In this document: positions 10,755 to 22,095 of the stretch, piece after piece
Layout: every line of letters starts with the position of its first letter
Numbering within the stretch: the stretch's first letter is position 1
Virus record (IMG/VR): IMGVR_UViG_3300021399_000007
Coordinates: 5,874 to 69,873 of that record
Source of the DNA: a virus
DNA: 64,000 nucleotides
Reading direction: 5' to 3' (one strand)
Notes under the pieces: model-generated
What the model saw: only the letters and a program-made list of their open reading frames with translations
The model's database searches: none
What the model was told of the DNA's origin: nothing
Program-made: the position numbers and the translations under genes

Positions 10755-11741
10755 ATGAAAGCAAACGCAAGATTTATTAACACAGAAAAAATTGAAGGAT
10801 ATGTTTATAGTACAGGTAGTAATTTTAATCAGCTTTCTGAAAGGGTTTCTGGAGAGAACTCCAAAAATCCTGGTACTAAATATATTGCAGGTGATCTTGA
10901 CATTGCAGTAGATGAGGCTGGTTTGAACGTAATCAGCATTCATTATACTTATGTAACTGAAACTTATAAAAGTGGTCAGACAAATAATACATATACCGCC
11001 CTTAAAAAGATTATTGATAACCCCGAAAAGACCTGGGTAAATGGCGGAAAAGAAAATGCTTTCAAAATCCAGTGTACTGGAACAGCTCTCGCAATTAATG
11101 ATTTTATTGCAGCAGATGGATCAAAAGTTGCCGCAGTAAGAAATGAAAATGGATTCTGTTCTATCGTGAATGAACTTGGACCAGAGGCAGAGAGAAATAC
11201 TTTTACAGCAGATATGTTGATTACAAAAGTAACTCATGTAGACGCTGATCCCGAAAAGAATATTGCTGAAGATTTTGCAACTATCAGCGGAGCAATTTTT
11301 GGATATGGGCCAGTTCTTTTGCCTGTTTCTTTCGTTGTTCGTAATGAAATGGGTATGAATTATTTTGAAAATCTTGAAGCGACTCCTTCTAATCCTGTTT
11401 TCACAAAGGTTTGGGGGCGTATCAATTGCATGACAATTAAGACAGAAAGAACTGAAGAATCTGCATTCGGTGAAGCAGCGGTTCAGACTTATGAAAGAAA
11501 GAGTCGTGAATATGTTGTAACTGGTACTGCTAAGGTTCCTTATGATTTTGGTGATGAAGAAGTTCTTACCGCAGCAGACGTAAATAAGATGACTCAGGAT
11601 CGTCAGGTTATGCTGGCAGAAGTTGAAAAGAGATATAATGAGCGTCAGGCTAATAAGGCCACTGGTGGAGTAAATTTTAATGCAGCTGCTGCAACAAAAG
11701 CTGCACAGACTGCAGTACCTGAAGGTGGATTTGTATTTTAA
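10755..11741 (+). CDS. hypothetical protein, possibly recombination-associated (adjacent to a Sak4-like ATPase)
   Basis: 328 aa ORF with an RBS AAGGAG. No motif I can name. Confidence 0.4.
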   Translation: MKANARFINTEKIEGYVYSTGSNFNQLSERVSGENSKNPGTKYIAGDLDIAVDEAGLNVISIHYTYVTETYKSGQTNNTYTALKKIIDNPEKTWVNGGKENAFKIQCTGTALAINDFIAADGSKVAAVRNENGFCSIVNELGPEAERNTFTADMLITKVTHVDADPEKNIAEDFATISGAIFGYGPVLLPVSFVVRNEMGMNYFENLEATPSNPVFTKVWGRINCMTIKTERTEESAFGEAAVQTYERKSREYVVTGTAKVPYDFGDEEVLTAADVNKMTQDRQVMLAEVEKRYNERQANKATGGVNFNAAAATKAAQTAVPEGGFVF

Positions 11742-11792
11742 TAAAAGGGGAATTAATCTTTCCCTTTCTTTTAAAGAAAGGATATTATAATT

Positions 11793-12833
11793 ATGGCAGA
11801 TATTGATATTTTTAGTATCCAACCCCATCAGGTAAGTCGTGATCTTCGCGGTTATTCTGTATTTTTCTACGGTGGTTGGAAAACTGGTAAAACTACAATT
11901 GCATCAAAGTTTCCTAATGCGCTTCTTCTTGCCTTTGAAAAAGGTTATAATGCGTTGGCGGGTGTTCGTCCACAGCCGATTAATTCTTGGGCAGAATTTA
12001 AGAAAGTTTTACGTCAGTTAAAGGATTCCCGCGCAAAAGAAATGTTCGAAACTATTATTGTAGATACTGCGGATATTGCTTATGACTATTGCACAAAATA
12101 TATTTGTGATAATGCGCAAAGATCTGATGGCGGATATGGAGTAGATTCTATTTCAGATATTCCATTCGGAAAAGGATATGGAATGGTTGAAAAGGAATTT
12201 GACACAGCTCTCCGCTCAATCGTTCAGATGGATTATGGTCTTGTAATTATTTCGCACGAAACTGATAAAACTTTCACAGATGAAGCAGGGAATCAGTTTA
12301 ATAAAATTGTTCCTACTCTTGATAAAAGGGCAAATAATATTTGTGCAAGAATGTGCGATATTGTTGGTTATTCAAGAGCAATCACTGATAAGGATGGGAA
12401 TCTTACCACTAAATTGTTTATGCGTGGAACTCCACGTTATGAAGCTGGTTCAAGGTTTAAATATACTCCAGATTTTATTGATTTTTCATATGATAATCTT
12501 GTAAATGCTATTGCGACTGCTATTGATAAACAAGCAGAAGAAGACGGCGCACAGTATTTTACAGATACTCGTAAGAATGCATATGAAGATACTACTAAAG
12601 ACCTTAATTTTGATGAATTAATGAAAAATTGCAATAATCTAATTAAGGAAATGATTGATAATAATTCTGAGGAAGTCTTTAAAGAGTTTTATCAACCTCG
12701 TATTGTTCAAATTACAGATAGGTATTTGGGCAGAGGCCAAAAAATGAGTCAATGTTCAAGAGAACAGGTAGAAGCTCTTTCCTTAATTTATGATGATCTC
12801 CTCTTACTTTCCAAAGAGACTGAATCAGAATGA
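11793..12833 (+). CDS. Sak4-like P-loop ATPase (RecA-superfamily recombination/replication ATPase)
   Basis: Walker A GGWKTGKTT and Walker B IIVDTAD. Confidence 0.55.
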   Translation: MADIDIFSIQPHQVSRDLRGYSVFFYGGWKTGKTTIASKFPNALLLAFEKGYNALAGVRPQPINSWAEFKKVLRQLKDSRAKEMFETIIVDTADIAYDYCTKYICDNAQRSDGGYGVDSISDIPFGKGYGMVEKEFDTALRSIVQMDYGLVIISHETDKTFTDEAGNQFNKIVPTLDKRANNICARMCDIVGYSRAITDKDGNLTTKLFMRGTPRYEAGSRFKYTPDFIDFSYDNLVNAIATAIDKQAEEDGAQYFTDTRKNAYEDTTKDLNFDELMKNCNNLIKEMIDNNSEEVFKEFYQPRIVQITDRYLGRGQKMSQCSREQVEALSLIYDDLLLLSKETESE

Positions 12834-12840
12834 TTATATA

Positions 12841-12905
12841 TTAAAGACTTGTCAAAAATTTATTTTTTTGACAAGTCTTCTTTTTTTTGTTATAATATAA
12901 TTAAA
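12841..12905 (+). promoter_or_regulatory. Terminator hairpin + TGTTATAATATAA middle-type promoter module (one example of a recurring module)
   Basis: GACTTGTCAAAAA..TTTTTGACAAGTC hairpin plus T-run, then TTTTTTGTTATAATATAATT. The same motif recurs at ~7666, 10267, 10705, 18405, 20352, 24396, 32704 and 50662. Confidence 0.5.
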
Positions 12906-12930
12906 GAATTTTTAAAAGGAGATATTGTAA

Positions 12931-13449
12931 ATGGCTCATCATTATGTAAAATGCTTATATTGCGGTGAACAATTTGATAGAGACACTGAACCAACAAAAC
13001 AAGTCTCCGCACGTAGATACGCTCATATAAAATGTTGGGAAGAACATATTGCTAATATGTCCCAAGAGGAAAGGGATATTGAAGCATTTTATGATTATAC
13101 AAAAAAACTATTTGGAGAAGATTATAATTATATTTTAACTAAAAAACTTGCTGAAAGATATGTAAAAGAAAATAATTATACTTATAGCGGAATGTTAAAA
13201 ACTCTTAAATGGTATTATGAAAAAGAAGGTAATTCTTTAGACAAAAGCAATGGTAGCATAGGAATCATTCCATACATTTATAAGCAAGCATTAAATTATT
13301 ATTATGCATTATATCAGGCACAATTAGTAAATAAAGAAAAAGATATCACTAACTTTACAATACCAAAAGAAAAGATAGTAGAAATTGAATCTCCACGTGT
13401 ATATGTGCGGCCGCCGCGTATGTGGTTAGAAGAGGAGGAAAATAAATGA
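12931..13449 (+). CDS. hypothetical Zn-finger protein
   Basis: CLYCGE...HIKCWEEH cysteine/histidine cluster. Confidence 0.4.
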   Translation: MAHHYVKCLYCGEQFDRDTEPTKQVSARRYAHIKCWEEHIANMSQEERDIEAFYDYTKKLFGEDYNYILTKKLAERYVKENNYTYSGMLKTLKWYYEKEGNSLDKSNGSIGIIPYIYKQALNYYYALYQAQLVNKEKDITNFTIPKEKIVEIESPRVYVRPPRMWLEEEENK

Positions 13450-14990
13450 GTTCAAAATATTATGATGTTTCTGCTTGTATGCAGGTAATAGGAGATGTAT
13501 TCATTAATCCTTCTCTCTTGGATTTAGAAGAAAAATATAAATTTCATGAAGAAGATTTTGTTCAAGAATTTCATAAAATTTTATTTGGATGTATTTATAA
13601 TCTTCATCAACTTGGAGCAAAACAAATATCAATAGAAGATATTGAAAAATATTTAGAGCAAAGACCAAAAAAATATGCAACTTATAAAATAAATAAAGGT
13701 TCTGAATATTTAGAAAATATTAAAGAAATGTGCCAACTTGCAGCATTTGATTATTATTATAATCGCATGAAGAAAATGACGCTTTTACGAATGTATAATA
13801 AAAATGTTGGAATGGATTTATCTTGGTTATACGATCCTGATAATGTATTAGATGTTAAAAAGAAAGAAGCACAAGAGTCATGGTTTGATAACACTCCAAT
13901 AAATGAAATTGCAAATACCATTAATGACAAAATTGATGAAATAAAAGCAAAATATATTGATAACTCAGAAGATGGAATTATTCAGGCGGGAGATGGAGCA
14001 TTAACATTACTTGAAAGATTAAAAACTAATCCAGAAATTGGTTATCCTCTTTATGGAAAATTAGTTAATGCAGTACATCGAGGAGCAAGATTAAAAAAGT
14101 TTTATTTGCGGTCAGCTGCTACTGGTGTCGGAAAGACGCGTTCAATGATAGCAGATGCCTGTTCCATTGCTTGTAATAAAATCTATAATCTTGAAACAAA
14201 ACAATGGGAAGATAATGGGACTCGTGAACCAACTCAATTTATTACAACAGAACAAGAAGAAGATGAGATTCAAACTATGATGATTGCTTTTCTGTCTGGA
14301 GTAAATGAAGATCATATTCTTGAAAATACATATACCGAAGGTGAATGGGAGCGAGTAAGCGAGGCCGCCACAATTCTTTCAAAAAGTCCTTTATATATTA
14401 AAAAATTACCAGATTTTTCACTTCAAGATATTGAAAATACAATTAAATTTGGTATTCGTCAATATGATGTGAGATATGTTTTTATGGATTATATTCATTC
14501 AAGTATGAAAATTCTTAGTGAAATTAGTTCAAAAGCTGGAGTAAAAGGATTACGAGAAGATAATATTCTTTTTATGATTAGCGTAAGAATTAAAGACTTA
14601 TGTAATCAATATGGTGTATTTGTTATGTCTGCAACTCAATTAAATGCAGATTATGTATCAGCTCAACAATATGACCAAAATCTACTTCGTGGAGCAAAAG
14701 CTATTGCAGATAAAATTGACTGTGGTATGATTATGCTTCAAGTCAGTCAAGATGATAGAGAAGCATTAAAAAATATTGTTAATTCTATGGGCATTGAAAT
14801 GCCTGACATAAAAATTTCTGTTTATAAAAATAGGCGCGGTCGCTATAAAGATATTCTTCTTTGGTGTAAATCTGATAGAGGAATATGTCGTATCAATCCT
14901 ATATTCGTAACTAATTATAATTATGAATTAATGGATATTGAAGATTTAAAAATTAAAGTAACTCCAAAAATTGAAAGTAGTGCATTTTAA
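13446..14990 (+). CDS. DnaB-like replicative DNA helicase
   Basis: 514 aa. RecA-like core with Walker A AATGVGKTR. Overlapping start coupled to the upstream gene. Confidence 0.7.
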   Translation: MSSKYYDVSACMQVIGDVFINPSLLDLEEKYKFHEEDFVQEFHKILFGCIYNLHQLGAKQISIEDIEKYLEQRPKKYATYKINKGSEYLENIKEMCQLAAFDYYYNRMKKMTLLRMYNKNVGMDLSWLYDPDNVLDVKKKEAQESWFDNTPINEIANTINDKIDEIKAKYIDNSEDGIIQAGDGALTLLERLKTNPEIGYPLYGKLVNAVHRGARLKKFYLRSAATGVGKTRSMIADACSIACNKIYNLETKQWEDNGTREPTQFITTEQEEDEIQTMMIAFLSGVNEDHILENTYTEGEWERVSEAATILSKSPLYIKKLPDFSLQDIENTIKFGIRQYDVRYVFMDYIHSSMKILSEISSKAGVKGLREDNILFMISVRIKDLCNQYGVFVMSATQLNADYVSAQQYDQNLLRGAKAIADKIDCGMIMLQVSQDDREALKNIVNSMGIEMPDIKISVYKNRRGRYKDILLWCKSDRGICRINPIFVTNYNYELMDIEDLKIKVTPKIESSAF

Positions 14991-15406
14991 TAAATAAAGG
15001 TATTTTAAATGAAATATGTAAAAAGTATATTAGATTTAATAAATGAGGGATAGATTATTCTATGCAACAATTTAAAAGAAGAAGAAAAAGAAATTATCGT
15101 ATCAATTTATGATTATTCTGAAAATCCAAAACATTCATCTGTTCCTTCTTGGGGGTATTTAGAATATCCAGGCTGTAAATATTGGCATTAATAAAAGTTA
15201 TAAATAAAGAAATAAAAAACCTAAAATAGAAAGTAGTGTTTTTTAATGAAAAAACAAAGAAAACCAAGGCCACAACCTCCTAAATGGTTTTGGCCTGATA
15301 GCGATAATTGTTGGGATTGTAAATATAATTATACTAAATGTAATAGCTGTAAAAGATTAAAAATATTTAGAAAAGAATATAGAGATAAAAAAGCAAAGGA
15401 GAAAAT

Positions 15407-15823
15407 ATGATTATTTGTGGTTTTCCTGGAGTTGGAAAATCTACCTTAGCAAAATTTTCTAATTGGGTAGATTTAGAAAGTACCCCATTTGAAAAAGATT
15501 GGGTTCGTTATGCAAAAGTAGCAAAACATATGAGTGATAATGGATATAATGTTATGGTGTCTACTCATCCTCAGTTGTTAGAACAATTTGAACAAATGGA
15601 AGTAAGATACACTGTTGTAATTCCTCCTATTGATGATTTTTCTACTTATAAAGATAGATATATTAACAGAGGAAATGATATTAATTTTATCATTTCTATT
15701 GATTATAATTGGGGTAAATGGATACAGGATATTATTAAAAAATCTTCAGTTAATAAAACCGTTGTAATATTACCAAAAGATGGATGTTTACAGGCTTATA
15801 TTGAAGGGTATAAAAACATATGA
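15407..15823 (+). CDS. P-loop NTPase / nucleotide kinase-like
   Basis: GFPGVGKST Walker A at the N-terminus. Confidence 0.5.
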   Translation: MIICGFPGVGKSTLAKFSNWVDLESTPFEKDWVRYAKVAKHMSDNGYNVMVSTHPQLLEQFEQMEVRYTVVIPPIDDFSTYKDRYINRGNDINFIISIDYNWGKWIQDIIKKSSVNKTVVILPKDGCLQAYIEGYKNI

Positions 15824-15915
15824 TTATAACTCTTTTTATTCTAATTTGTTTATTTATAATTTTTATAGTATTATTTGCAGAAAAATTATATGAATGGACA
15901 AAAGGATAATATAAT

Positions 15916-16104
15916 ATGGATGATAAAGTTTTTAGATATAGAAAAAATCATAAAAAATGTAAATATTGTAAATATTATCATGTTGACGGAGCAATACAAT
16001 TAGGTATAGTTTATGACCATTGTAAAGCCAAAGATACTATTATTTATAATATAGACATCCCACGATGGTTTTGTTCATGTTATGAGGTTAAAAATGAATT
16101 TTAA
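15916..16104 (+). CDS. small Cys-rich protein
   Basis: CKYCKYYH...HCKAK...CSC pattern. Confidence 0.3.
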   Translation: MDDKVFRYRKNHKKCKYCKYYHVDGAIQLGIVYDHCKAKDTIIYNIDIPRWFCSCYEVKNEF

Positions 16105-17191
16105 GTATAATAAAGATACACTTAAAGAAAATCTAACAATAGAAGAAGTATTTGATCTTGTAAGTGAATTGGGCGGTGAACCTATAATGGGAAATGGATT
16201 ATTTACCGCCCGCACAATTTGTCATGGTGGTGATAGTCATAAATTATATTACTATGAAAATACTCGATTATTTCATTGTTATACAGGATGCGGCGATGCT
16301 TCATTTGATATATATGATTTGGTATTAAGAGTTAATAAGGCTGCTGGTATTCAAAATTTTTCTTTACCTCGTGCTATTGCATTTGTAGCTCGATACTTTG
16401 GATATACAGCAGAAACATTCAATTTTGAAGATAACCAAGAAGCAAATGAAGATTGGCAAATTATTAATAACTTTAAAAGAAATAAGGAAAAAAATCAACC
16501 GCAAATTGTAGAATTAAAAACTTATAATAATAAAGTGTTAAGATATTTACCTCATCCGCATATTATTCCTTGGGAGCAAGAAAACATAACATTTGATATT
16601 ATGGAGTCAAGAGGAATCTGTTATGACCCTATTAATGAAGGAATTGTTATTCCTCATTATGATATAGATGGAAATCTTGTTGGTATTAGAGAGAGAACGC
16701 TTATAAAAGAAAATGAGGTATATGGTAAATATCGCCCTGCATATTTAAAGGGGAAGCTTTATAATCATCCTCTTGGATTTAATTTATATAATTTAAATAA
16801 TAGCAAAAAAGCAATTTCTACATTTCAAAAAGCTATTGTATTTGAAGGAGAAAAAAGTTGTCTTAAATATGCTTCATATTTTGGACAAGAGTCAGATATA
16901 AGCGTTGCTTGTTGTGGCAGCAATTTAATTAATTATCAAGTCAAACTGCTTTTATCTCTTGGAGTAAAAGAAATTATTATTGCACTTGATAAACAGTTTC
17001 AAAAAATTGGTGATAATGAATGGCAGAAATGGGTTATTAAATTAAAAACTTTATATAATAAGTATGGTAATTATGTAAATATTAGTTACATGTTTGATAA
17101 AGATAATTTACTTGGATATAAAGATTCACCAATAGATTGTGGGAAGGATACATTTTTACAATTATTTAAAAAAAGGGTTACAATAGAATGA
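16082..17191 (+). CDS. DNA primase (DnaG-like, CHC2 zinc finger + TOPRIM)
   Basis: CHGGDSHKLYYYENTRLFHCYTGCG zinc-binding motif, and TOPRIM-like EGEKS...D.D segments. Confidence 0.6.
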   Translation: MRLKMNFKYNKDTLKENLTIEEVFDLVSELGGEPIMGNGLFTARTICHGGDSHKLYYYENTRLFHCYTGCGDASFDIYDLVLRVNKAAGIQNFSLPRAIAFVARYFGYTAETFNFEDNQEANEDWQIINNFKRNKEKNQPQIVELKTYNNKVLRYLPHPHIIPWEQENITFDIMESRGICYDPINEGIVIPHYDIDGNLVGIRERTLIKENEVYGKYRPAYLKGKLYNHPLGFNLYNLNNSKKAISTFQKAIVFEGEKSCLKYASYFGQESDISVACCGSNLINYQVKLLLSLGVKEIIIALDKQFQKIGDNEWQKWVIKLKTLYNKYGNYVNISYMFDKDNLLGYKDSPIDCGKDTFLQLFKKRVTIE

Positions 17192-17571
17192 ATATAAAAA
17201 TTTTTATTTTAATATCAATGATTTTTTGTCACATTGTTGATGATTATTACTTACAAGGATGGCTAGCTTCTGCTAAACAAAAATCTTGGTGGATAAAAAA
17301 CGCTCCAAATAAATTATATAAAAATGATTATTTAATGGCTTTATTTTGTCATAGTTTTAGTTGGTCTTTCATGATTCAACTACCCATTTTAATTTATAGT
17401 TTTTATACGCATTTATTTATATGGAATATATTATTATTTATTATAAATGTAATTATTCATATGTTTGTAGATAATTTAAAAGCAAATAAATTAAAAATTA
17501 ATTTAATTCAAGATCAAATTATTCATTTTATTCAAATTGTTGTAACTTGGTTTATAATAATCACATTTTAA
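17188..17571 (+). CDS. small integral membrane protein
   Basis: Several hydrophobic helices. Overlapping start. Confidence 0.4.
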   Translation: MNIKIFILISMIFCHIVDDYYLQGWLASAKQKSWWIKNAPNKLYKNDYLMALFCHSFSWSFMIQLPILIYSFYTHLFIWNILLFIINVIIHMFVDNLKANKLKINLIQDQIIHFIQIVVTWFIIITF

Positions 17572-17587
17572 AAGAAAGGTAATAAAA

Positions 17588-18388
17588 ATGAATGCAAATC
17601 CGTGGAGATATAAAGAAGATAATAAAATAAAAGCACAAAAACAAATTAAATATATGGATGAGAATTTTGCTAATGAAACTGCGACGGCCATTGCTGACAC
17701 AAATATTTATACTGGTCCATTAAATAAAAATGACTGGACTAAAAATGGCTTTAATCCAGTTCCATATTCACAACTACTTGATATGGGTACTGTTGATGCA
17801 ATTTTTCATGTTCGAGAAGTCTTAGGAGAAGATAATAAAGAAATTAAAGTTGCTGCTCTCAATTTTGCATCATATAGAAATCCTGGCGGAAAATTTATTG
17901 ATGGTAGTAATGCTCAAGAAGAGTGTTTATGTCATGAATCTAATCTTTATAATATTTTAAGAAATTTCATATCATATTATAAAGAAAATAATTCTAAACC
18001 AAATAAAAATCTTTATACTGATAGAGCATTATATTCTCCAAATGTAATTTTTAATAGAGGAGATCATATAGTTAAAGCGGATGTGATTACTTGTGCCTCT
18101 CCAAATTGGACTGCCGCCCGAGAATGGAATGCTTCTCAAGTTGAAAATACTCTTGTATTAGCTCAACGTATTCAGTTTATTAAAGACATTGCAGAACTTG
18201 AAGCAGTTGATGTTCTTATTCTTGGAGCATGGGGATGTGGAGTATTCGGACAAAATCCAAAAACTGTTGCAAGATTATTTGATTTTATTTTTAGAGAAAG
18301 TGAAATTAAAAATATTGTATATGCCGTTCCTGGAGGATTAAATTCTGATAATTTTAAAGCCTTTGACGAATATATTAGAAAGAGTTGA
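17588..18388 (+). CDS. Macrodomain protein of the bacterial-type PARG (DUF2263) family
   Basis: PARG signature GG-X7-QEE (NPGGKFIDGSNAQEE) and diphosphate-binding loop GAWGCGVFGQN. Confidence 0.55.
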   Translation: MNANPWRYKEDNKIKAQKQIKYMDENFANETATAIADTNIYTGPLNKNDWTKNGFNPVPYSQLLDMGTVDAIFHVREVLGEDNKEIKVAALNFASYRNPGGKFIDGSNAQEECLCHESNLYNILRNFISYYKENNSKPNKNLYTDRALYSPNVIFNRGDHIVKADVITCASPNWTAAREWNASQVENTLVLAQRIQFIKDIAELEAVDVLILGAWGCGVFGQNPKTVARLFDFIFRESEIKNIVYAVPGGLNSDNFKAFDEYIRKS

Positions 18389-18457
18389 TTTGATAACTCT
18401 TTCTTTTTTTGTTATAATATAAATAGAAATATTATAAAACTAAAGGGAAGAAAATGT

Positions 18458-20257
18458 ATGAAATATGAATTAATTAATAAACCAAATAAAAATTTTTCAG
18501 CAGTTCAACAAATCCTATATAACAGAGGAATTACAGAAGATGAAATTTTACATTATGTAAATTTATCTGACTAGGATATTAATTCTCCATTATTATTAGG
18601 CGAACAAAATTTAAAGCAAGGATTAATATTAATTTTAAACACTATAAAACGAGATGATAATGCAGTAATTATTGTAGATTGCGATTGTGATGGATATACA
18701 TCTGCCGCATTATTAATTAATTATTTATATAGATTATTTCCAACATGGGTAATTGGTAATTTAGATTGGATTATGCATGATAGTAAACAACATGGGTTAT
18801 CAGATTGCTATCAAAATATCGTTGAAGGAAATTTTATAACTAATAAACAATATTCATTGGTTATATGTCCAGATTCAAGTAGTAATGATTATAAATATCA
18901 TAAATTTTTATATGATAATGGAATCCAAACATTGGTATTAGATCACCATTTAGCAGATCATATTAGTGATTATGCTGTGATTATTAATAATCAACTTTCT
19001 AATTATCCTAATAAGGAGTTATCTGGAGTTGGTGTAGTTTGGCAATTTTGTCAATATATAGATTCAATATTAGAAGTTAATTATGCAAATGATTTTCTTG
19101 ATTTAGTGGCACTTGGAAATTGTGGAGATATGATGTCTTTACGTTCTTTTGAAACGCGCTATCTTATTACAAAAGGATTCAAAAAATAGAATATAAAAAA
19201 TCCTTTTATTGATTATATGCTTGATAAAAATTCATTTCCATTATCAAAAGCAGATTATATATCTTCTGATCCATAGATGGCATGTACTTCTATGGGCGCC
19301 GCTTTCTTTATTGTTCCTTTTGTTAATGCTATTACACGGAGCGGGACTCAACAAGAGAAAGAATTACTTTTTAATTCCATGCTAAATCATAAAGCTTTTG
19401 AAGAAGTTCTTTCAAACAAACGAGGACATAAATTAGGAGAAAAAGAAAAATTAATTTTACAGGCAGTTAGAACAGTTACAAATGTTAAAAATAGACAAAC
19501 AAGAGCAGAAGATGCAGGTTTGGCTATGTTAGAAAAAATGATTGAAACTAATCACATGCTTGACCATAAAATTCTTTTATTCTTATTAGAACCAGGCCAA
19601 ATTGATTCTGAAATTCGTGGTTTAATTGCAAATAAATTCATGGCAAAATATCAAAGACCATGTTGCTTATTAACACGGACCAATAGAAATGGAAAAGAAA
19701 CTTATGAAGGTTCAATGAGGGGATATACAAAAACTGGCATTGATAGTTTTAAAGAAGTGCTTGAACAATGTCCTGGTATTACCTATGTAGAAGGTCATGA
19801 TAATGCGGCGGGCGTTGGTATTGAGGCAAACCATATCGAAGACTTTCTTTACCACATTGACCAGCTTTTAGAAGATGTTTCTGTTGAGCCTATTTATAGA
19901 GTAGATTATGATTTTAAAGAAATTGATAACAATAATCAACTCATTTTAGAAATTGCAAGTATGAATGATTATTGGGGTCAAGATATTGATAGAGCATATG
20001 TAAATATTAATTTTAAAATTACAAGTTCTAATTTTCAAATTATGAAAAGTAATACTTTAAAATTTAATCTTCCGAATGGGTTATCTATTATTAAATTTAA
20101 TGGAACTGATGAGGAAATTACTCAATTTACAACTACAGGATATTTAGAATTAAATGCAATCTGTAAATGCAATGCCAATGAATGGAATGGTCGCGTTTAT
20201 CCGCAGCTGTTAATGGAAGATTATGAAATTATAGATTCCTCTAAATATTTCTTTTAA
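18458..20257 (+). CDS. DHH-family phosphoesterase (RecJ-like exonuclease), 3 in-frame TAG
   Basis: DCDCDGYTSAALL and LVLDHHLADH DHH motifs. TAGs at ~18570, 19189 and 19274 join the N-terminus to track ORFs 18773..19189 and 19277..20257 in one frame. Confidence 0.6.
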
Positions 20258-20398
20258 TGGCTCGGCACGCAGGCAGCCGTCCGCAGGAAATGGAAAATGC
20301 ATTTGGACTTTTTTCAATCACATTTTTCTTTTTTTGATTTTTTTCTTATTTTTTGTTATAATATATATATAGAATAAAATGAAAGGAAAATAAAAATA

Positions 20399-20680
20399 AT
20401 GGAATTTAAATGTTCAGAAATAAAAAAAGTAGCTATTGGAGATGAAATTTTTACAATAAAAACAGAACAAGATGAGAAGAAATTAAAAGGCTATCAATTT
20501 GATTCTTTAGTATATAGATATATTAGGGCTAGAGAGCAAATGGCAGAATATGAATATTTGAGAGATCGACAGAGTAATATCTCTAAGCATACTGAGTGGA
20601 CTGTATATCGACAAAGAGCGAATAGAGATATAATGCGTTTTGTTCAAATTTTAGATGAAGTAATTGGAGAGCATGAATAA
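20399..20680 (+). CDS. hypothetical protein
   Basis: ORF following a terminator/promoter module at ~20280-20372. Confidence 0.4.
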   Translation: MEFKCSEIKKVAIGDEIFTIKTEQDEKKLKGYQFDSLVYRYIRAREQMAEYEYLRDRQSNISKHTEWTVYRQRANRDIMRFVQILDEVIGEHE

Positions 20681-20689
20681 TGATATGTG

Positions 20690-20854
20690 AAAAATGCAAA
20701 TTTTTTAAAGATATTTTTGGAAATTATGTTCAATGTTGTAAAACTGGAAGATTCCTTAATTATGAATATTGGCATAATGAAGATCCCTATGATTGTCCAA
20801 TAAAATCTAAAGAAAAGGAGGAAGTAGAACCTAATGTTTTTAACTAAAAAACAA
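20690..20854 (+). CDS. small Zn-ribbon protein
   Basis: CEKC...CC...C pattern. ATGA overlap with the upstream gene. Confidence 0.3.
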
Positions 20855-22023
20855 GAAGAAGGTTTGAAAGTTGCCGTAGCCAGACACCGTGCAAATGAAA
20901 AATACACAGTGATTGCTGGCTACGCCTAAGAGCTGGTACAGGAAAATCCACACTTGTAAGATATATTATTGATGCTCTTAATGTTGAAGAAGATAGAGTA
21001 TGTCATTGTGCTTTTACAGGTAAAGCCGCAGAAGTATTAAAGAAAAAGGGAAATAAAAATGTAGCAACTCTTCATCGACTATTATATGAACATATACCGC
21101 GGCCAGCGGGTGGTTTCTTTAGAAAACCAAAACCATTTATTGATTATGATGTAATTGTAGTTGATGAAGTTTCTATGGCTCCTAAATCTTTAATGGAATT
21201 GCTGTTTAAACATCAAGTATATGTTATTTGTTTAGGAGATCCATTTCAGTTGCCGCCCATTGATAAAGATGAAGATAATCATTTATTAGATGATCCTCAC
21301 ATTTTTCTTGATGAAATTATGAGACAGGAAGAAGATTCTGAAATTATTCAGCTTACCATGAAAATCAGAAATCAAGAACCGATTGATTATTTTAATGGTA
21401 ATGAAGTAAAAATTATTCCTTACTCAGATTTAAACACTGGGGTATTACAATGGGGAGATCAGATCCTAACCGCAACAAATGCAAAGCGTCAAGCTATTAA
21501 TAATCAAATGCGCGCACTACAGGGTAGGACTGGTGAGCCTGTTGATGGAGATAAAATTATATGTCTTCGTAATTATTGGGAAGATTCAAGTTTAAATGGT
21601 GATGCTTTAATCAATGGAACTATTGGTATTCTTCAAAATAGTTTTCAAACTTGGAGAGAAATTCCCAGATTTGTACAAAGTGATATAAGAAAATTTGATG
21701 TTTTAGTTGGTGATTTAGTGGTACCAGAAACTAATGATGTTTATCAAATGACAGAAATGGATCGTCAAATGATTATCACTGGAGAAAAATGTTGCGGATG
21801 GCAATTGTCATATAAGTTAGGAAAGCTTCGATTAAAATATGGTGATTTAGTGCCTAAAGAATTTGCCTATGCATACGCAGTTACTTGTCATAAAGCACAA
21901 GGAAGTTCTTGGCCTAATGTAGTAGTTTTAGAAGAATCTTTTCCATTCGATAGGATGGAGCATGCTCGTTGGCTTTATACTGCATGTACGAGAGCAGAAA
22001 AAAAATTAGTTTTAGTACGATAA
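20834..22023 (+). CDS. Dda-like SF1B DNA helicase; N-terminus and Walker A lie in different frames (-1 frameshift or indel near 20920-20930)
   Basis: MFLTKKQEEGLKVAVARHRANEKYTVIAGYA(TAA) continues in the -1 frame as LRAGTGKSTL...VVDEVSM..., matching the T4 Dda N-terminus LTEGQKNAF...HHVTINGPAGTGKTTL. The downstream frame is track ORF 21175..22023. Confidence 0.65.
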
Positions 22024-22095
22024 AAACCGGTCAAAAGTGTATAATTTATATAATCTAATTTTTATATATTATAGAAAAACATAGGAGGAACGATT

